Source of the DNA: Candidatus Poriferisocius sp.
GTDB taxonomy: Bacteria > Actinomycetota > Acidimicrobiia > Acidimicrobiales > Bin134
Assembly (NCBI RefSeq): GCF_965202595.1
Contig: NZ_OZ241836.1
Span: 535,095-599,094 of the forward strand
DNA: 64,000 nucleotides
Direction: 5' to 3'
Under the pieces are notes generated by a model. The model had not been told where the DNA came from. It saw nothing but the letters and a program-made list of their open reading frames with translations, and did not search any database. A program made the position numbers and the translations under genes. Shown here one piece after another: positions 44,696 to 52,980 of the stretch (positions are counted from its first letter, which is position 1; every line of letters starts with the position of its first letter).

Positions 44696-44772
44696 CCGCG
44701 AGCCGGCAGGGCTGTTGGAAGGGCCCGTTGAAGTTCACGATTGGCTGACCGCGAGCCGGCAGGGCGGTTGGA
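44691..44772 (+). repeat. about 29-bp direct repeat x2 (period 53) starting at the rne stop
   Basis: gctgaccgcgagccggcagggc[t/g]gttgga at 44691-44719 and 44744-44772. The first copy contains the rne TGA (44693-44695). Confidence 0.9.
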
Positions 44773-44861
44773 TCAGGGTTGACGGTTGGGGTTTCGCCCC
44801 GGTGGTTGGCCTAGAATTACCCGTCGGCCCTGCCGGCAACAAGTGAGTGAGGCGCAAGCAG

Positions 44862-45215
44862 GTGTATGCCATCATCCGCACAGGCGGCAAGCAGTACAAG
44901 GTGAGGGAAGGTCAAACTCTGGATGTGGAGTTGCTGGGTGAGCCCGGCACCGAGGTGGAGCTGATCCCGGTTATGCTTTTCGACGGGCAATCCGTGGTCG
45001 TGGCCCCGGACCAGCTCGGCGGGGCCAGGGTCACCGCCACGGTGCAGGCCTCGGTGAAGGATCGCAAGATCAACGGTTTCACCTACAAGAACAAGAGCAA
45101 CCAGCGTCGGCGGTGGGGTCACCGCCAGCACAAGTCCCGTATCCGGATCACGGCCATCACGGCCCGGTCCGGGGTTGAGGGAGCCAACGATGTCCAAGAC
45201 CAAAGTGTTGGGTAG
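44862..45215 (+). CDS. rplU: 50S ribosomal protein L21
   Basis: VYAIIRTGGKQYKVREGQTLDVE is the canonical L21 N-terminus (GTG 44862). The C-terminal tail (..GANDVQDQSVG*) is read from the duplicated rpmA start region. Confidence 0.9.
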   Translation: MYAIIRTGGKQYKVREGQTLDVELLGEPGTEVELIPVMLFDGQSVVVAPDQLGGARVTATVQASVKDRKINGFTYKNKSNQRRRWGHRQHKSRIRITAITARSGVEGANDVQDQSVG

Positions 45216-45256
45216 TACCAAAGGCTGAGGGGAGTTAACGATGTCCAAGACCAAAG
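45175..45256 (+). repeat. duplication (period 51) of the rpmA SD and start region
   Basis: aacgatgtccaagaccaaag at 45186-45205 and 45237-45256. Each is preceded by gagg(g)ag. Copy 1 opens a 12-codon ORF, MSKTKVLGSTKG* (45190-45228). Copy 2 is the rpmA start. Confidence 0.9.
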
Positions 45257-45492
45257 GCGGTGGCTCGACCCGCAACGGCCGCGATTCCAACCCCAAGCGT
45301 CTGGGGGTGAAGGTGTACGACGGCACCCGGGTGACCGCGGGGTCGATCATCGTCCGCCAGCGCGGCACTCGTATCCATCCGGGCGAGAACGTCGGCCGGG
45401 GTCGGGACGATACGTTGTTCGCCACCGCTGATGGGCGGGTCAAGTTCGGTCATCGGCGGCGCCGCAAGCTCGTCGACGTAATCACCGGCTGA
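45241..45492 (+). CDS. rpmA: 50S ribosomal protein L27
   Basis: [28 protein letters not shown] is the canonical L27 N-terminus. Confidence 0.95.
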   Translation: MSKTKGGGSTRNGRDSNPKRLGVKVYDGTRVTAGSIIVRQRGTRIHPGENVGRGRDDTLFATADGRVKFGHRRRRKLVDVITG

Positions 45493-45522
45493 CCGCCCCT
45501 CGGTGGTTTCCCACCGATCGGC

Positions 45523-45633
45523 GCGGGGACCGTGATGGATATTGCCGCCGCTGGGCGCAGGCGGGTGGGGGGTTGCGGGGACCGTGCGGGGACCGTGATG
45601 GGCCGATGTTATATTGCCGCCGCTCGGCGCAGG
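45523..45633 (+). repeat. imperfect duplication upstream of obg
   Basis: gcggggaccgtgatgg(..)atattgccgccgct[g/c]ggcgcagg at 45523-45561 and 45586-45633, plus a partial gcggggaccgt at 45575. It lies inside a 40-codon ORF (45535-45657) whose TGA overlaps the obg ATG. Confidence 0.85.
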
Positions 45634-45653
45634 AGCGCAGGGGTTGGCGGGCG

Positions 45654-46958
45654 ATGACCCGGTTCGTGGACGAATGCGGTTTGAATGTGCGGGGTGGCGA
45701 CGGCGGTGCCGGGTGCGTGTCGTTCCGGCGGGAGGCCCATGTGGCCAAGGGTGGCCCCGATGGCGGTGACGGTGGCAGCGGCGGCGGTGTCTGGCTGGTG
45801 GCCGATCACAATGTGGCTTCCCTGATCGCGTTCAAGGACCACCCCCACCGCCGGGCCGGCAACGGCCGCCATGGTGGGGGCAAGCGCCGTCACGGCGCGA
45901 CCGGTGACGACGCGTGGGTCAGGGTTCCCGTGGGCACCGTTGTCAGGGACCAGGGCGGGGAGCTGCTGGCCGACCTGGCGGTTGACGGAGCCCGCTGGCT
46001 GGCGGCGGCCGGGGGTCAAGGGGGTATGGGCAACACCCGCTTCTCGACCCATCTGAACCGGGTGCCCGGGTTTGCCGAGCAGGGTGAGGCGGGGGCGCAG
46101 CGCTGGTTGAGGCTGGAGTTGAAGCTGCTCGCCGACGTGGCTCTGGTCGGCTTTCCCAACGCGGGCAAGTCCACATTGATATCCCGCATTTCTGCGGCCC
46201 GCCCCAAGATCGCCGACTACCCGTTCACCACCCTCGAACCCAACCTGGGAGTGGTTCGTACCGGCGACGACTTCGAGATGGTGGTGGCCGACATTCCCGG
46301 CTTGATTGCCGGGGCCGGCGAGGGACGCGGCCTCGGTCACCGTTTCCTGCGCCACATAGAGCGGGCCCGGGTTCTGGTCGTGATGGTCGATCTGGCCTCG
46401 GTGGAGGATGTGCCGGCCGGGGAGCAGCAGCGGGTGCTGCTCCACGAACTGGGGTCGTACCGACCGGAATTGCTGGATCGACCCCGGATCCTGGTGGCTT
46501 CCAGGGCCGATGCCGGTCACCTGGATCCGCCGCCCGGAGCACTGCGCGTCTCAGCGGTCACCGGTGCCGGCCTGACCGAACTGGTTCGAGCCATGTCCAC
46601 CGCGGTGCGAACCGCCCGGGACCGAGAGGATCCGCCCCGAAGCCCCGGTGGTTCCGGTGGTTCCGGCGATGTTGTCGTTCACCGGCCCGTTCCCGAGGGG
46701 CTGGCGGTGGAGCGGGCCGATGACGGCGTTTTTGTGGTGCTCGGTCGGGCTGCGGAGCGGGCGGTGGCCCTGTCCGATCTGCACGCCCCCGGTGCCTGGG
46801 ACTTCGCTCGTCGCCGCCTTCGGGGGTTGGGGGTGGACCGGGCCCTGGAACGGGCCGGGATAAAATCGGGGGACACCGCTCGAATCGGTGCCTTCGAGTT
46901 CGAGTACCAGGATGACGACGAGTACTGGGCCGAGGGAGCCGAGGGGGACACAAGGTGA
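45654..46958 (+). CDS. obg: GTPase Obg
   Basis: MTRFVDECGLNVRGGDGGAGCVSFRRE Obg fold. G1 GFPNAGKST, G3 DIPGLI. C-terminal OCT-like domain. Confidence 0.9.
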   Translation: MTRFVDECGLNVRGGDGGAGCVSFRREAHVAKGGPDGGDGGSGGGVWLVADHNVASLIAFKDHPHRRAGNGRHGGGKRRHGATGDDAWVRVPVGTVVRDQGGELLADLAVDGARWLAAAGGQGGMGNTRFSTHLNRVPGFAEQGEAGAQRWLRLELKLLADVALVGFPNAGKSTLISRISAARPKIADYPFTTLEPNLGVVRTGDDFEMVVADIPGLIAGAGEGRGLGHRFLRHIERARVLVVMVDLASVEDVPAGEQQRVLLHELGSYRPELLDRPRILVASRADAGHLDPPPGALRVSAVTGAGLTELVRAMSTAVRTARDREDPPRSPGGSGGSGDVVVHRPVPEGLAVERADDGVFVVLGRAAERAVALSDLHAPGAWDFARRRLRGLGVDRALERAGIKSGDTARIGAFEFEYQDDDEYWAEGAEGDTR

Positions 46959-48052
46959 TCGTGGTGGTGAAGATCGGCACCTCGTCGATCACCGAGGCCG
47001 ACGGCACCATCAAGGCCGGAGCGGTGGCCAAATTGAGCGGTGAGGTGGCGGCCGCAGTGGCCTCCGATCATCAAGTGGTGGTGGTCAGCTCCGGGGCGAT
47101 CGGTGCCGGGCTGCCGGTGCTGGGTTTCGCCCGGGGGCGGCCCCGGGATCCGGTCACCCTCCAGGCGCTTTCCGCGGTGGGCCAGAGCAGGTTGATGGCC
47201 CTGTATCAGGAGTGCCTCGGGGGTTACGGTCTGGTATGCGGCCAGGTGTTGCTGGCTCCCCGGGATTTTCTGGAGCGCTCCCAGTACCTGCACGCCCAGC
47301 GCACCCTCGCCCGGTTGCTCAAGCTGGGGGTGATCCCCATCGTCAACGAGAACGACGCGGTGGCCGACGACGCCATCCGCTGGGGGGACAATGACCGCAT
47401 AGCGGCACTGGTGGCTCACATGGTGGGTGCGGAACTTTTGGTGCTGCTGACCGACATCGAGGGGGTTCATACTGCCGATCCCCGCTTTGACACCGAAGCC
47501 CGGATTGTGGAGGAGATCACCGACCTCGGCATTCTCGACGAGCTGGCCGCCGCGGCCGGTGGGTCCGGTACCGACCGGGGCAGCGGCGGCATGGCCTCCA
47601 AGCTGGCGGCCGCCCGCATCGCCAGCCGATCAGGGGTAAGGACCGTCATTGCCGCCGCTCACCGGCACCAGGTGGTGGCCGATGCCCTGGCCGGGGTGCC
47701 GGGCACAGGATCCACGGTGGTTGCCCAGCCCCGCCGGTTGAGCGCCCGCAAGCTGTGGATCGGGTTTGCCATGGTCCCCACGGGAACGATTCAGGTGGAT
47801 GCCGGTGCCCGCCGGGCGGTGATGGAGCGGGGTGCTTCGCTACTGGGTATAGGGGTCACCGGGCACGAGGGCAGCTTTCAGGTCGGCGATGCGGTGGATG
47901 TGTGCGGGCCGGATGGCCAAGTGTTCGCCCGGGGTCTGGTGAAGGTTCCGTCGGAGGAGATGCACTCGGTGGTGGGCATGCGTACCGACTCCATACCTTC
48001 CGGCCGCCCCGACGAGGTCATCCACCGCGATTCCCTGACCGTCCTGCTCTGA
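46955..48052 (+). CDS. proB: glutamate 5-kinase
   Basis: VVKIGTSSIT..., amino-acid kinase fold, C-terminal PUA domain. GTG overlaps the obg stop (GTGA). Confidence 0.9.
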   Translation: MIVVVKIGTSSITEADGTIKAGAVAKLSGEVAAAVASDHQVVVVSSGAIGAGLPVLGFARGRPRDPVTLQALSAVGQSRLMALYQECLGGYGLVCGQVLLAPRDFLERSQYLHAQRTLARLLKLGVIPIVNENDAVADDAIRWGDNDRIAALVAHMVGAELLVLLTDIEGVHTADPRFDTEARIVEEITDLGILDELAAAAGGSGTDRGSGGMASKLAAARIASRSGVRTVIAAAHRHQVVADALAGVPGTGSTVVAQPRRLSARKLWIGFAMVPTGTIQVDAGARRAVMERGASLLGIGVTGHEGSFQVGDAVDVCGPDGQVFARGLVKVPSEEMHSVVGMRTDSIPSGRPDEVIHRDSLTVLL

Positions 48053-48130
48053 ACGGCGAGGTACCAGGAGCCGACGACCTGCGATCTCCACGACCTCGCC
48101 TCCCACCCCCTGCTCTGAACAGCAAGGTAC
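48043..48130 (+). repeat. 22-bp segment containing the proB stop, repeated 66 bp downstream
   Basis: cctgctctgaacggcgaggtac (48043-48064) vs cctgctctgaacagcaaggtac (48109-48130), 20/22 identical. Confidence 0.8.
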
Positions 48131-48140
48131 AGTTGGAGCC

Positions 48141-48728
48141 ATGACAACGGTTTATTCCATTTTCCGGCGGCGGCACCTGGGGGTGATCGACGCTCTCATC
48201 GGGGCGGGCATCGTGGTGGTGACGGTATTCGCCTGGGCGGAACGGTCAAATGCAGTAGTAGGGGATCCAGGCACCTGGCAGTGGCGACTCTGGCATGTGG
48301 GCCCTCTGGTGTTCGCGTTGATCGGGGTTTGGGTGATGTGGCGAAACACCAGCAAAGTGCCTTGGGTGCGCACCCTTTGCCTGTCGGTGCTGGCCCTGTC
48401 CATCCTCCTCAACCGCTACACCGACATATTCAACAACAGCGGCAACCTGTGGTCAACCATAAACCCCTTGTCCATTGCTTGCGCCAGTGTAGCCGCCGTC
48501 ACCGGATACAGCAGGATGATGTCGCAGCGCCAAGGCTTGGAGCCGCTCAATCCCTTCACGCTGTTGGCCGGAGCTATTGCCGTGGGCTTGGGAACAAGCG
48601 TGCTGATCATGGCCTTTTTCTTCGGTCACGTCGAGGTCGCCTGGCAGGTGCTGGATCCGCTGATGATCCTGGCGCTGTTGATCTGGGCTTCTGCTGCCCG
48701 CCGCACGGGAGTGGGTGACGCAATCTGA
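48141..48728 (+). CDS. hypothetical integral membrane protein
   Basis: 195 aa with about 6 hydrophobic helices. No family recognised. Confidence 0.55.
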   Translation: MTTVYSIFRRRHLGVIDALIGAGIVVVTVFAWAERSNAVVGDPGTWQWRLWHVGPLVFALIGVWVMWRNTSKVPWVRTLCLSVLALSILLNRYTDIFNNSGNLWSTINPLSIACASVAAVTGYSRMMSQRQGLEPLNPFTLLAGAIAVGLGTSVLIMAFFFGHVEVAWQVLDPLMILALLIWASAARRTGVGDAI

Positions 48729-50475
48729 TTCTGAGCAGCATTGCCTTGAACCGCCCCAGGCCCTGCTCGATCAGCGCGGCGGCTTCGTCGGCGGCGGCCA
48801 CCCCCGCCCCCCGGCCGAGAACGATGTAGACCATTCCCACCACCAGCAGGGCGAACGGCGCGCCCACAAGAGCCGGCAGGGGTTCCAACCCCCAAGCCAG
48901 CACCCCGCCCAGCACCGCCGCGGTAAGGGCGGCGGGGGCCAATCGACGGGCCGGTCCCCGCAATGGCCGGTGGCACCGCAGCAGGTGGCGGACCCGATGG
49001 CGCAGAATGCCGTACTCCACCCAGGCCCCCACCGTGCTGCCCAGGGCCAGGCCCACCGCCCCCAGCCTCACGGCCCGGTCGGCCCTTTCCGCGCCGGAGA
49101 GCACCCGGAAGTCCCCCAGGCGCTGCACGCTGCCATCGATCACCGCGTAGGAGTCGAAACTGAACATCAGAAGCAGCCCCACGGTGGCGGCCAGCACCAG
49201 GCGCACGACCGCCACCCGGGCCGGACCCCTGGTGTCGCCGGCGGCGAAACAGGTGTTTTGCAGCAGGCGGGCCGAGGCCGAGGCAGCCAGCCCCAGGCTG
49301 TAGGCGGCCAGGATCCACCACACCTGAACCGTCTGGTCGGCGTTGAACTGTCCCCGCTCCAGCAGGGCTCCCACAATCAGCCCGCCCAGAGTGATGAACG
49401 CCACCGCGGAGAACAACACGTAGAACCCGATGCGGTCCAGCCCGGTTTGCAGCCGCCGCATCAGCGCCCCGGGATCATCCTGCTCGCGAGCCATCTCCGG
49501 CAGGTCGCTGGCCGCCACGCTCATGGCGAACAGGCTGATGGGCAGGAAGTAGATCACCTGGGCGAAACCCAGGGCGGCGATGGCCCCACCGGCCAGCAGA
49601 CCGGCCAGGATCAGATCCACATAGGCCGACACCTGCACCACGCCCCGCCCGATGAGGGCCGGGCCGAACCGGCGGAGCACGATGCGCACATCGGGGTGTC
49701 GCCAGTTCAGGCCGAAACGTAGCGACGGGACCAGCCGGAGCACCAGTGGCACCTGGACCAGAAACTGGAGGGCACCGCCCAGCACCACACCCCAGGCCGC
49801 CATCCTGGCCACGTCGGAGGCTCGGGTTGCCGGGTCCACGGTGTGCCAAACGGCCCAGGCCCCCACCATGAACGCCACTTGGGTGGCGTTCCAGATCACC
49901 GGAGCGGCGTAGGACAGAAAGAACCGGCGATGGGAGTTGAGCACCCCCAGGGCCCACGCGGCCGGCACGATGAACCCGATTCCGGCGAACATGATCCGTA
50001 CCAGCTCGACGGTGAGGTCGGTGGTGTCATCGGGCAACCGCCACAGCAGCAGCGACACCAGCGGCCGGGCCAGCATCCATCCGGCCAGCACCACCAAACC
50101 GGTAACCAGGGCCAGGAGTCCGAAAACCGCCCCCGCCAGCCGGCCGGCCTCCCGGGACCGCTTCTGCTCCACCAGTTGCGAGTAGATCGGGATGAACGAG
50201 GCCGACAGCACTCCCTCGCCCAGCAGGTTTTGAAGCAGGCGGGGAATGGTCAGGGCGGCCCGGTAGGCATCGCCGGTGCGCCCCGCGCCGATGAAAGCGG
50301 CCACCGCCGACTCCCGACCGATGCCGGCCAGGCGGGACAGGAATATCCCAGCACCGACAAGGATGGCACCCTTGCCGCTGGTTCTGCGCTCGTTGATGCC
50401 GGCTCTTCCGCCACTGGTTCCGCGCTCGTGATTGCCGGCTTTCCTGCCACTGGTTCTGCGCTCATCGGTGCTCAT
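48607..50475 (-). CDS. murJ: lipid II flippase MurJ (MviN family)
   Basis: GAGIFLSRLAGIGRESAVAAFIGAGRTGDAYRAALTIPRLLQNLLGEGVLSASFIPIY is the MurJ N-terminal signature. About 14 TM helices. The N-terminus carries 3 tandem 12-aa repeats. The basic C-terminal tail overlaps the convergent gene. Confidence 0.85.
   Translation of the reverse strand: MSTDERRTSGRKAGNHERGTSGGRAGINERRTSGKGAILVGAGIFLSRLAGIGRESAVAAFIGAGRTGDAYRAALTIPRLLQNLLGEGVLSASFIPIYSQLVEQKRSREAGRLAGAVFGLLALVTGLVVLAGWMLARPLVSLLLWRLPDDTTDLTVELVRIMFAGIGFIVPAAWALGVLNSHRRFFLSYAAPVIWNATQVAFMVGAWAVWHTVDPATRASDVARMAAWGVVLGGALQFLVQVPLVLRLVPSLRFGLNWRHPDVRIVLRRFGPALIGRGVVQVSAYVDLILAGLLAGGAIAALGFAQVIYFLPISLFAMSVAASDLPEMAREQDDPGALMRRLQTGLDRIGFYVLFSAVAFITLGGLIVGALLERGQFNADQTVQVWWILAAYSLGLAASASARLLQNTCFAAGDTRGPARVAVVRLVLAATVGLLLMFSFDSYAVIDGSVQRLGDFRVLSGAERADRAVRLGAVGLALGSTVGAWVEYGILRHRVRHLLRCHRPLRGPARRLAPAALTAAVLGGVLAWGLEPLPALVGAPFALLVVGMVYIVLGRGAGVAAADEAAALIEQGLGRFKAMLLRIRLRHPLPCGGQQKPRSTAPGSSADPAPARRPRRDRRKRP
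50374..50475 (-). repeat. 36-bp in-frame tandem repeat x2.8 at the murJ 5' end
   Basis: gcc[g/a]ctggttc[t/c]gcgctcg... units at 50374, 50410 and 50446, encoding STDERRTSGRKAG / NHERGTSGGRAG / INERRTSGKGA. The start codon lies in the last unit. Confidence 0.9.
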
Positions 50476-50605
50476 CGGGTGGAGTGCAACAATACGCTAG
50501 CCAAGCGGTTGGTGTGGCCCGGTACCGCCAGCGGGGGTGAGTTCTGCATGGTGATGCCGCCGGGCGTATCCAGGAACTGTCCATGGGGCCCGGTACGCTA
50601 GTGGG

Positions 50606-51862
50606 GTGAGTTCCGGTACATCCATGGTCGGGTTGGCGGATCGGGCCAAGGCCGCAGCCCGAGTCATGGCCACCGCCACAACCGAGATGAAGAACGAGGC
50701 GTTGTTGCTGGCCGCCGACCGACTCGAGCAGGCTCGTGAAAATTTGCTGGAGGCCAACTGCTCCGATGTGGAGGCCGCAACCGAGTCGGGCATGAGCGCC
50801 ACCCTGGTGGACCGCCTCCGGCTGACCGACTCCCGGCTGGGGGCAATGGCCGGGGGCTTGCGCAAGGTGGCCGGTTTGGCTGATCCGGTTGGGGAGGTGG
50901 TCAGCGGTTGGGTTGTGCCCTCCGGTCTGCGGATCAGCCAGGTGCGGGTGCCCCTGGGGGTGGTGGCCATTGTCTACGAGAGCCGTCCCAACGTGACCAG
51001 CGATGCCGCCGGGCTGTGCCTGAAGTCGGGCAATGCCGCCTTCTTGCGGGGCTCATCCAGCGCCTTGAACTCGAACCTGGCCATCGCCGGGGTGCTGGGG
51101 GACGCGTACCACCAGGCCGGTTTGCCCCGCGATGCCCTGGTGCTGGTGTCCGACACCAGCCACGCCGCGGCCGCCGAGTTCATGCAGCTCAGGGACAGCA
51201 TCGACTGCCTCATCCCCCGGGGCGGCCCCGGCCTGATCGCCTCCATCCTGGAGAACGCCACCGTGCCCTACGTGATCGACGGCGACGGCAACTGTCATGT
51301 GTACGTCGATGCTTCGGCCGATCTGGACATGGCCCGGCGAATTGTGGTGAATGCCAAGACTCAGCGGCCGTCGGTGTGCAACGCCGCCGAATCGCTGGTG
51401 GTGCATCGGTCGGTGGCCGCGGAGCTGTTGCCCCGGTTGGCCGCCGACCTGGAGGGAGTCGAGCTGGTGGGCGACGAGGTGGCTCGGGCCATCCTGGGGC
51501 CGGAGCGCATCGGGGAGGCCACCGCCGCCGACTACTTCACCGAGTTCTTGGACTTGAAGCTGTCGGTAAGGGTGGTGGACAGCCTGGACGAGGCCATCGA
51601 CCATGTGAATGACACCGGCAGTGGCCACAGCGAGGCCATCATCACCACCGATCTGGTTGCCGCCGACCGGTTCTGCACCGAGGTTGATGCCGCGGCGGTG
51701 CTGGTGAACGCGTCCACCCGGTTCGTGGACGGCGAGGAGTTCGGTTTCGGAGCCGAGATCGGCATCAGTACCCAGAAGCTGCACGCCCGAGGCCCCATGG
51801 GTTTGCGCCAGCTCACCACCACCAAATACGTGGTCCGCGGCGACGGCCAGGTACGCGGCTAG
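50606..51862 (+). CDS. proA: glutamate-5-semialdehyde dehydrogenase (gamma-glutamyl phosphate reductase)
   Basis: Aldehyde dehydrogenase fold with catalytic Cys in VCNAAESLVVH. The start (GTG 50606 or ATG 50624) is uncertain. Confidence 0.9.
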   Translation: MSSGTSMVGLADRAKAAARVMATATTEMKNEALLLAADRLEQARENLLEANCSDVEAATESGMSATLVDRLRLTDSRLGAMAGGLRKVAGLADPVGEVVSGWVVPSGLRISQVRVPLGVVAIVYESRPNVTSDAAGLCLKSGNAAFLRGSSSALNSNLAIAGVLGDAYHQAGLPRDALVLVSDTSHAAAAEFMQLRDSIDCLIPRGGPGLIASILENATVPYVIDGDGNCHVYVDASADLDMARRIVVNAKTQRPSVCNAAESLVVHRSVAAELLPRLAADLEGVELVGDEVARAILGPERIGEATAADYFTEFLDLKLSVRVVDSLDEAIDHVNDTGSGHSEAIITTDLVAADRFCTEVDAAAVLVNASTRFVDGEEFGFGAEIGISTQKLHARGPMGLRQLTTTKYVVRGDGQVRG

Positions 51863-51891
51863 CACCACCACGATTTCGGGGCCAGATCGGG

Positions 51892-51991
51892 CCGACCCTA
51901 GCCTTGTTTCCATGAGCGGTTGTTTTGTTGCCGACCCCGGTTTGTTTCCATGAGCGGTTGTTTTGTTGCCGACCCTAGCCTGTGCCCATGA
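51892..51991 (+). repeat. 38/39-bp tandem repeat x2.6 ending on the MoxR start codon
   Basis: ccgaccc(tag/cgg)..tgtttccatgagcggttgttttgttg. ATGA occurs at 51912, 51950 and 51988. Two 13-codon ORFs (MSGCFVADPGLFP, MSGCFVADPSLCP) are chained by ATGA to the MoxR ATG. Confidence 0.9.
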
Positions 51992-52887
51992 GCTTCTCGT
52001 TCGCTGACGTTGCCGCCGTGCGCAAGGGTTTGAGCGATGCTCAGTATCTGGCCGACGACGGCATCGCCGGGGTGGTGTATCTGGCCGAGCGCCTGGAGAA
52101 GCCGGTGCTGGTGGAGGGTCCGGCCGGCACCGGCAAGACCCAGCTTGCCAAGAGCGTGGCCGAGGCCACCGACGCCCGGCTCATCCGCCTCCAGTGCTAC
52201 GAGGGGCTGGACGAGTCCAAGGCGCTTTACGAGTGGAACTACAAGAAGCAGCTCCTGCGTATCCAGGCCGAGCGCCAGAGCGACGACATGTGGGAGCAGA
52301 TCGAGGACGATCTGTTCTCCGAGGACTTCCTGCTCACCCGACCCCTTCTGGAGGCCATACGATCCCCGGACCCGGTGGTGCTGCTGATCGACGAGGTGGA
52401 CCGGGTGGAGATCGAGACCGAGGCATTGCTGCTGGAGATCCTGTCCGATTACCAGGTGTCCATTCCCGAGCTGGGCACGGTGTCGGCCCGCCGGATCCCG
52501 CTGGTGTTCCTCACCTCCAACAACACCCGGGAACTTTCCGAGGCGCTCAAGCGGCGGTGCTTGTTTCTGCACATCGACTATCCCGACCTGGAGCGGGAGA
52601 AGGAGATCGTGCTGGCCAAGGTGCCCGGTGTGGGGGAGAGCCTGGCCGATCAGGTGGCTCGCATCGTCCGGTCGGTCCGCCAGATCGAGCTGAAGAAGGC
52701 CCCCTCGGTATCGGAAACCCTGGACTGGGCCCGCACCCTGGTACTGCTGGGGGTGGAGCACGTGGATGCCGAAACCGCGGCCGAGACGGTGAACATCCTG
52801 CTGAAGTACCGCAGCGACATCGACAAGGCGCTCAAGGAGTTCGCGTCCTCCGACGAGAGCTTCGCCCCGCCGACCGCAACCCCGTGA
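51988..52887 (+). CDS. MoxR-family AAA+ ATPase
   Basis: Walker A GPAGTGKT, Walker B VLLIDEVDR, about 300 aa. Paired with a downstream VWA protein. Confidence 0.9.
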   Translation: MSFSFADVAAVRKGLSDAQYLADDGIAGVVYLAERLEKPVLVEGPAGTGKTQLAKSVAEATDARLIRLQCYEGLDESKALYEWNYKKQLLRIQAERQSDDMWEQIEDDLFSEDFLLTRPLLEAIRSPDPVVLLIDEVDRVEIETEALLLEILSDYQVSIPELGTVSARRIPLVFLTSNNTRELSEALKRRCLFLHIDYPDLEREKEIVLAKVPGVGESLADQVARIVRSVRQIELKKAPSVSETLDWARTLVLLGVEHVDAETAAETVNILLKYRSDIDKALKEFASSDESFAPPTATP

Positions 52888-52921
52888 TCCGAATCTCCGG
52901 AAATCCAGATCATTCAATGCA

Positions 52922-52980
52922 GCCATGAGAGTCGAGCCCCGTGATGGTGGCCTGCTGACCGGGCCATGAGAGTCGAACCC
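52922..52980 (+). repeat. 18-bp duplication (period 41) of the VWA-gene start
   Basis: gccatgagagtcga[g/a]ccc at 52922 and 52963. ATG 52925 opens a 14-codon ORF, MRVEPRDGGLLTGP*, whose TGA overlaps ATG 52966. Confidence 0.9.
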
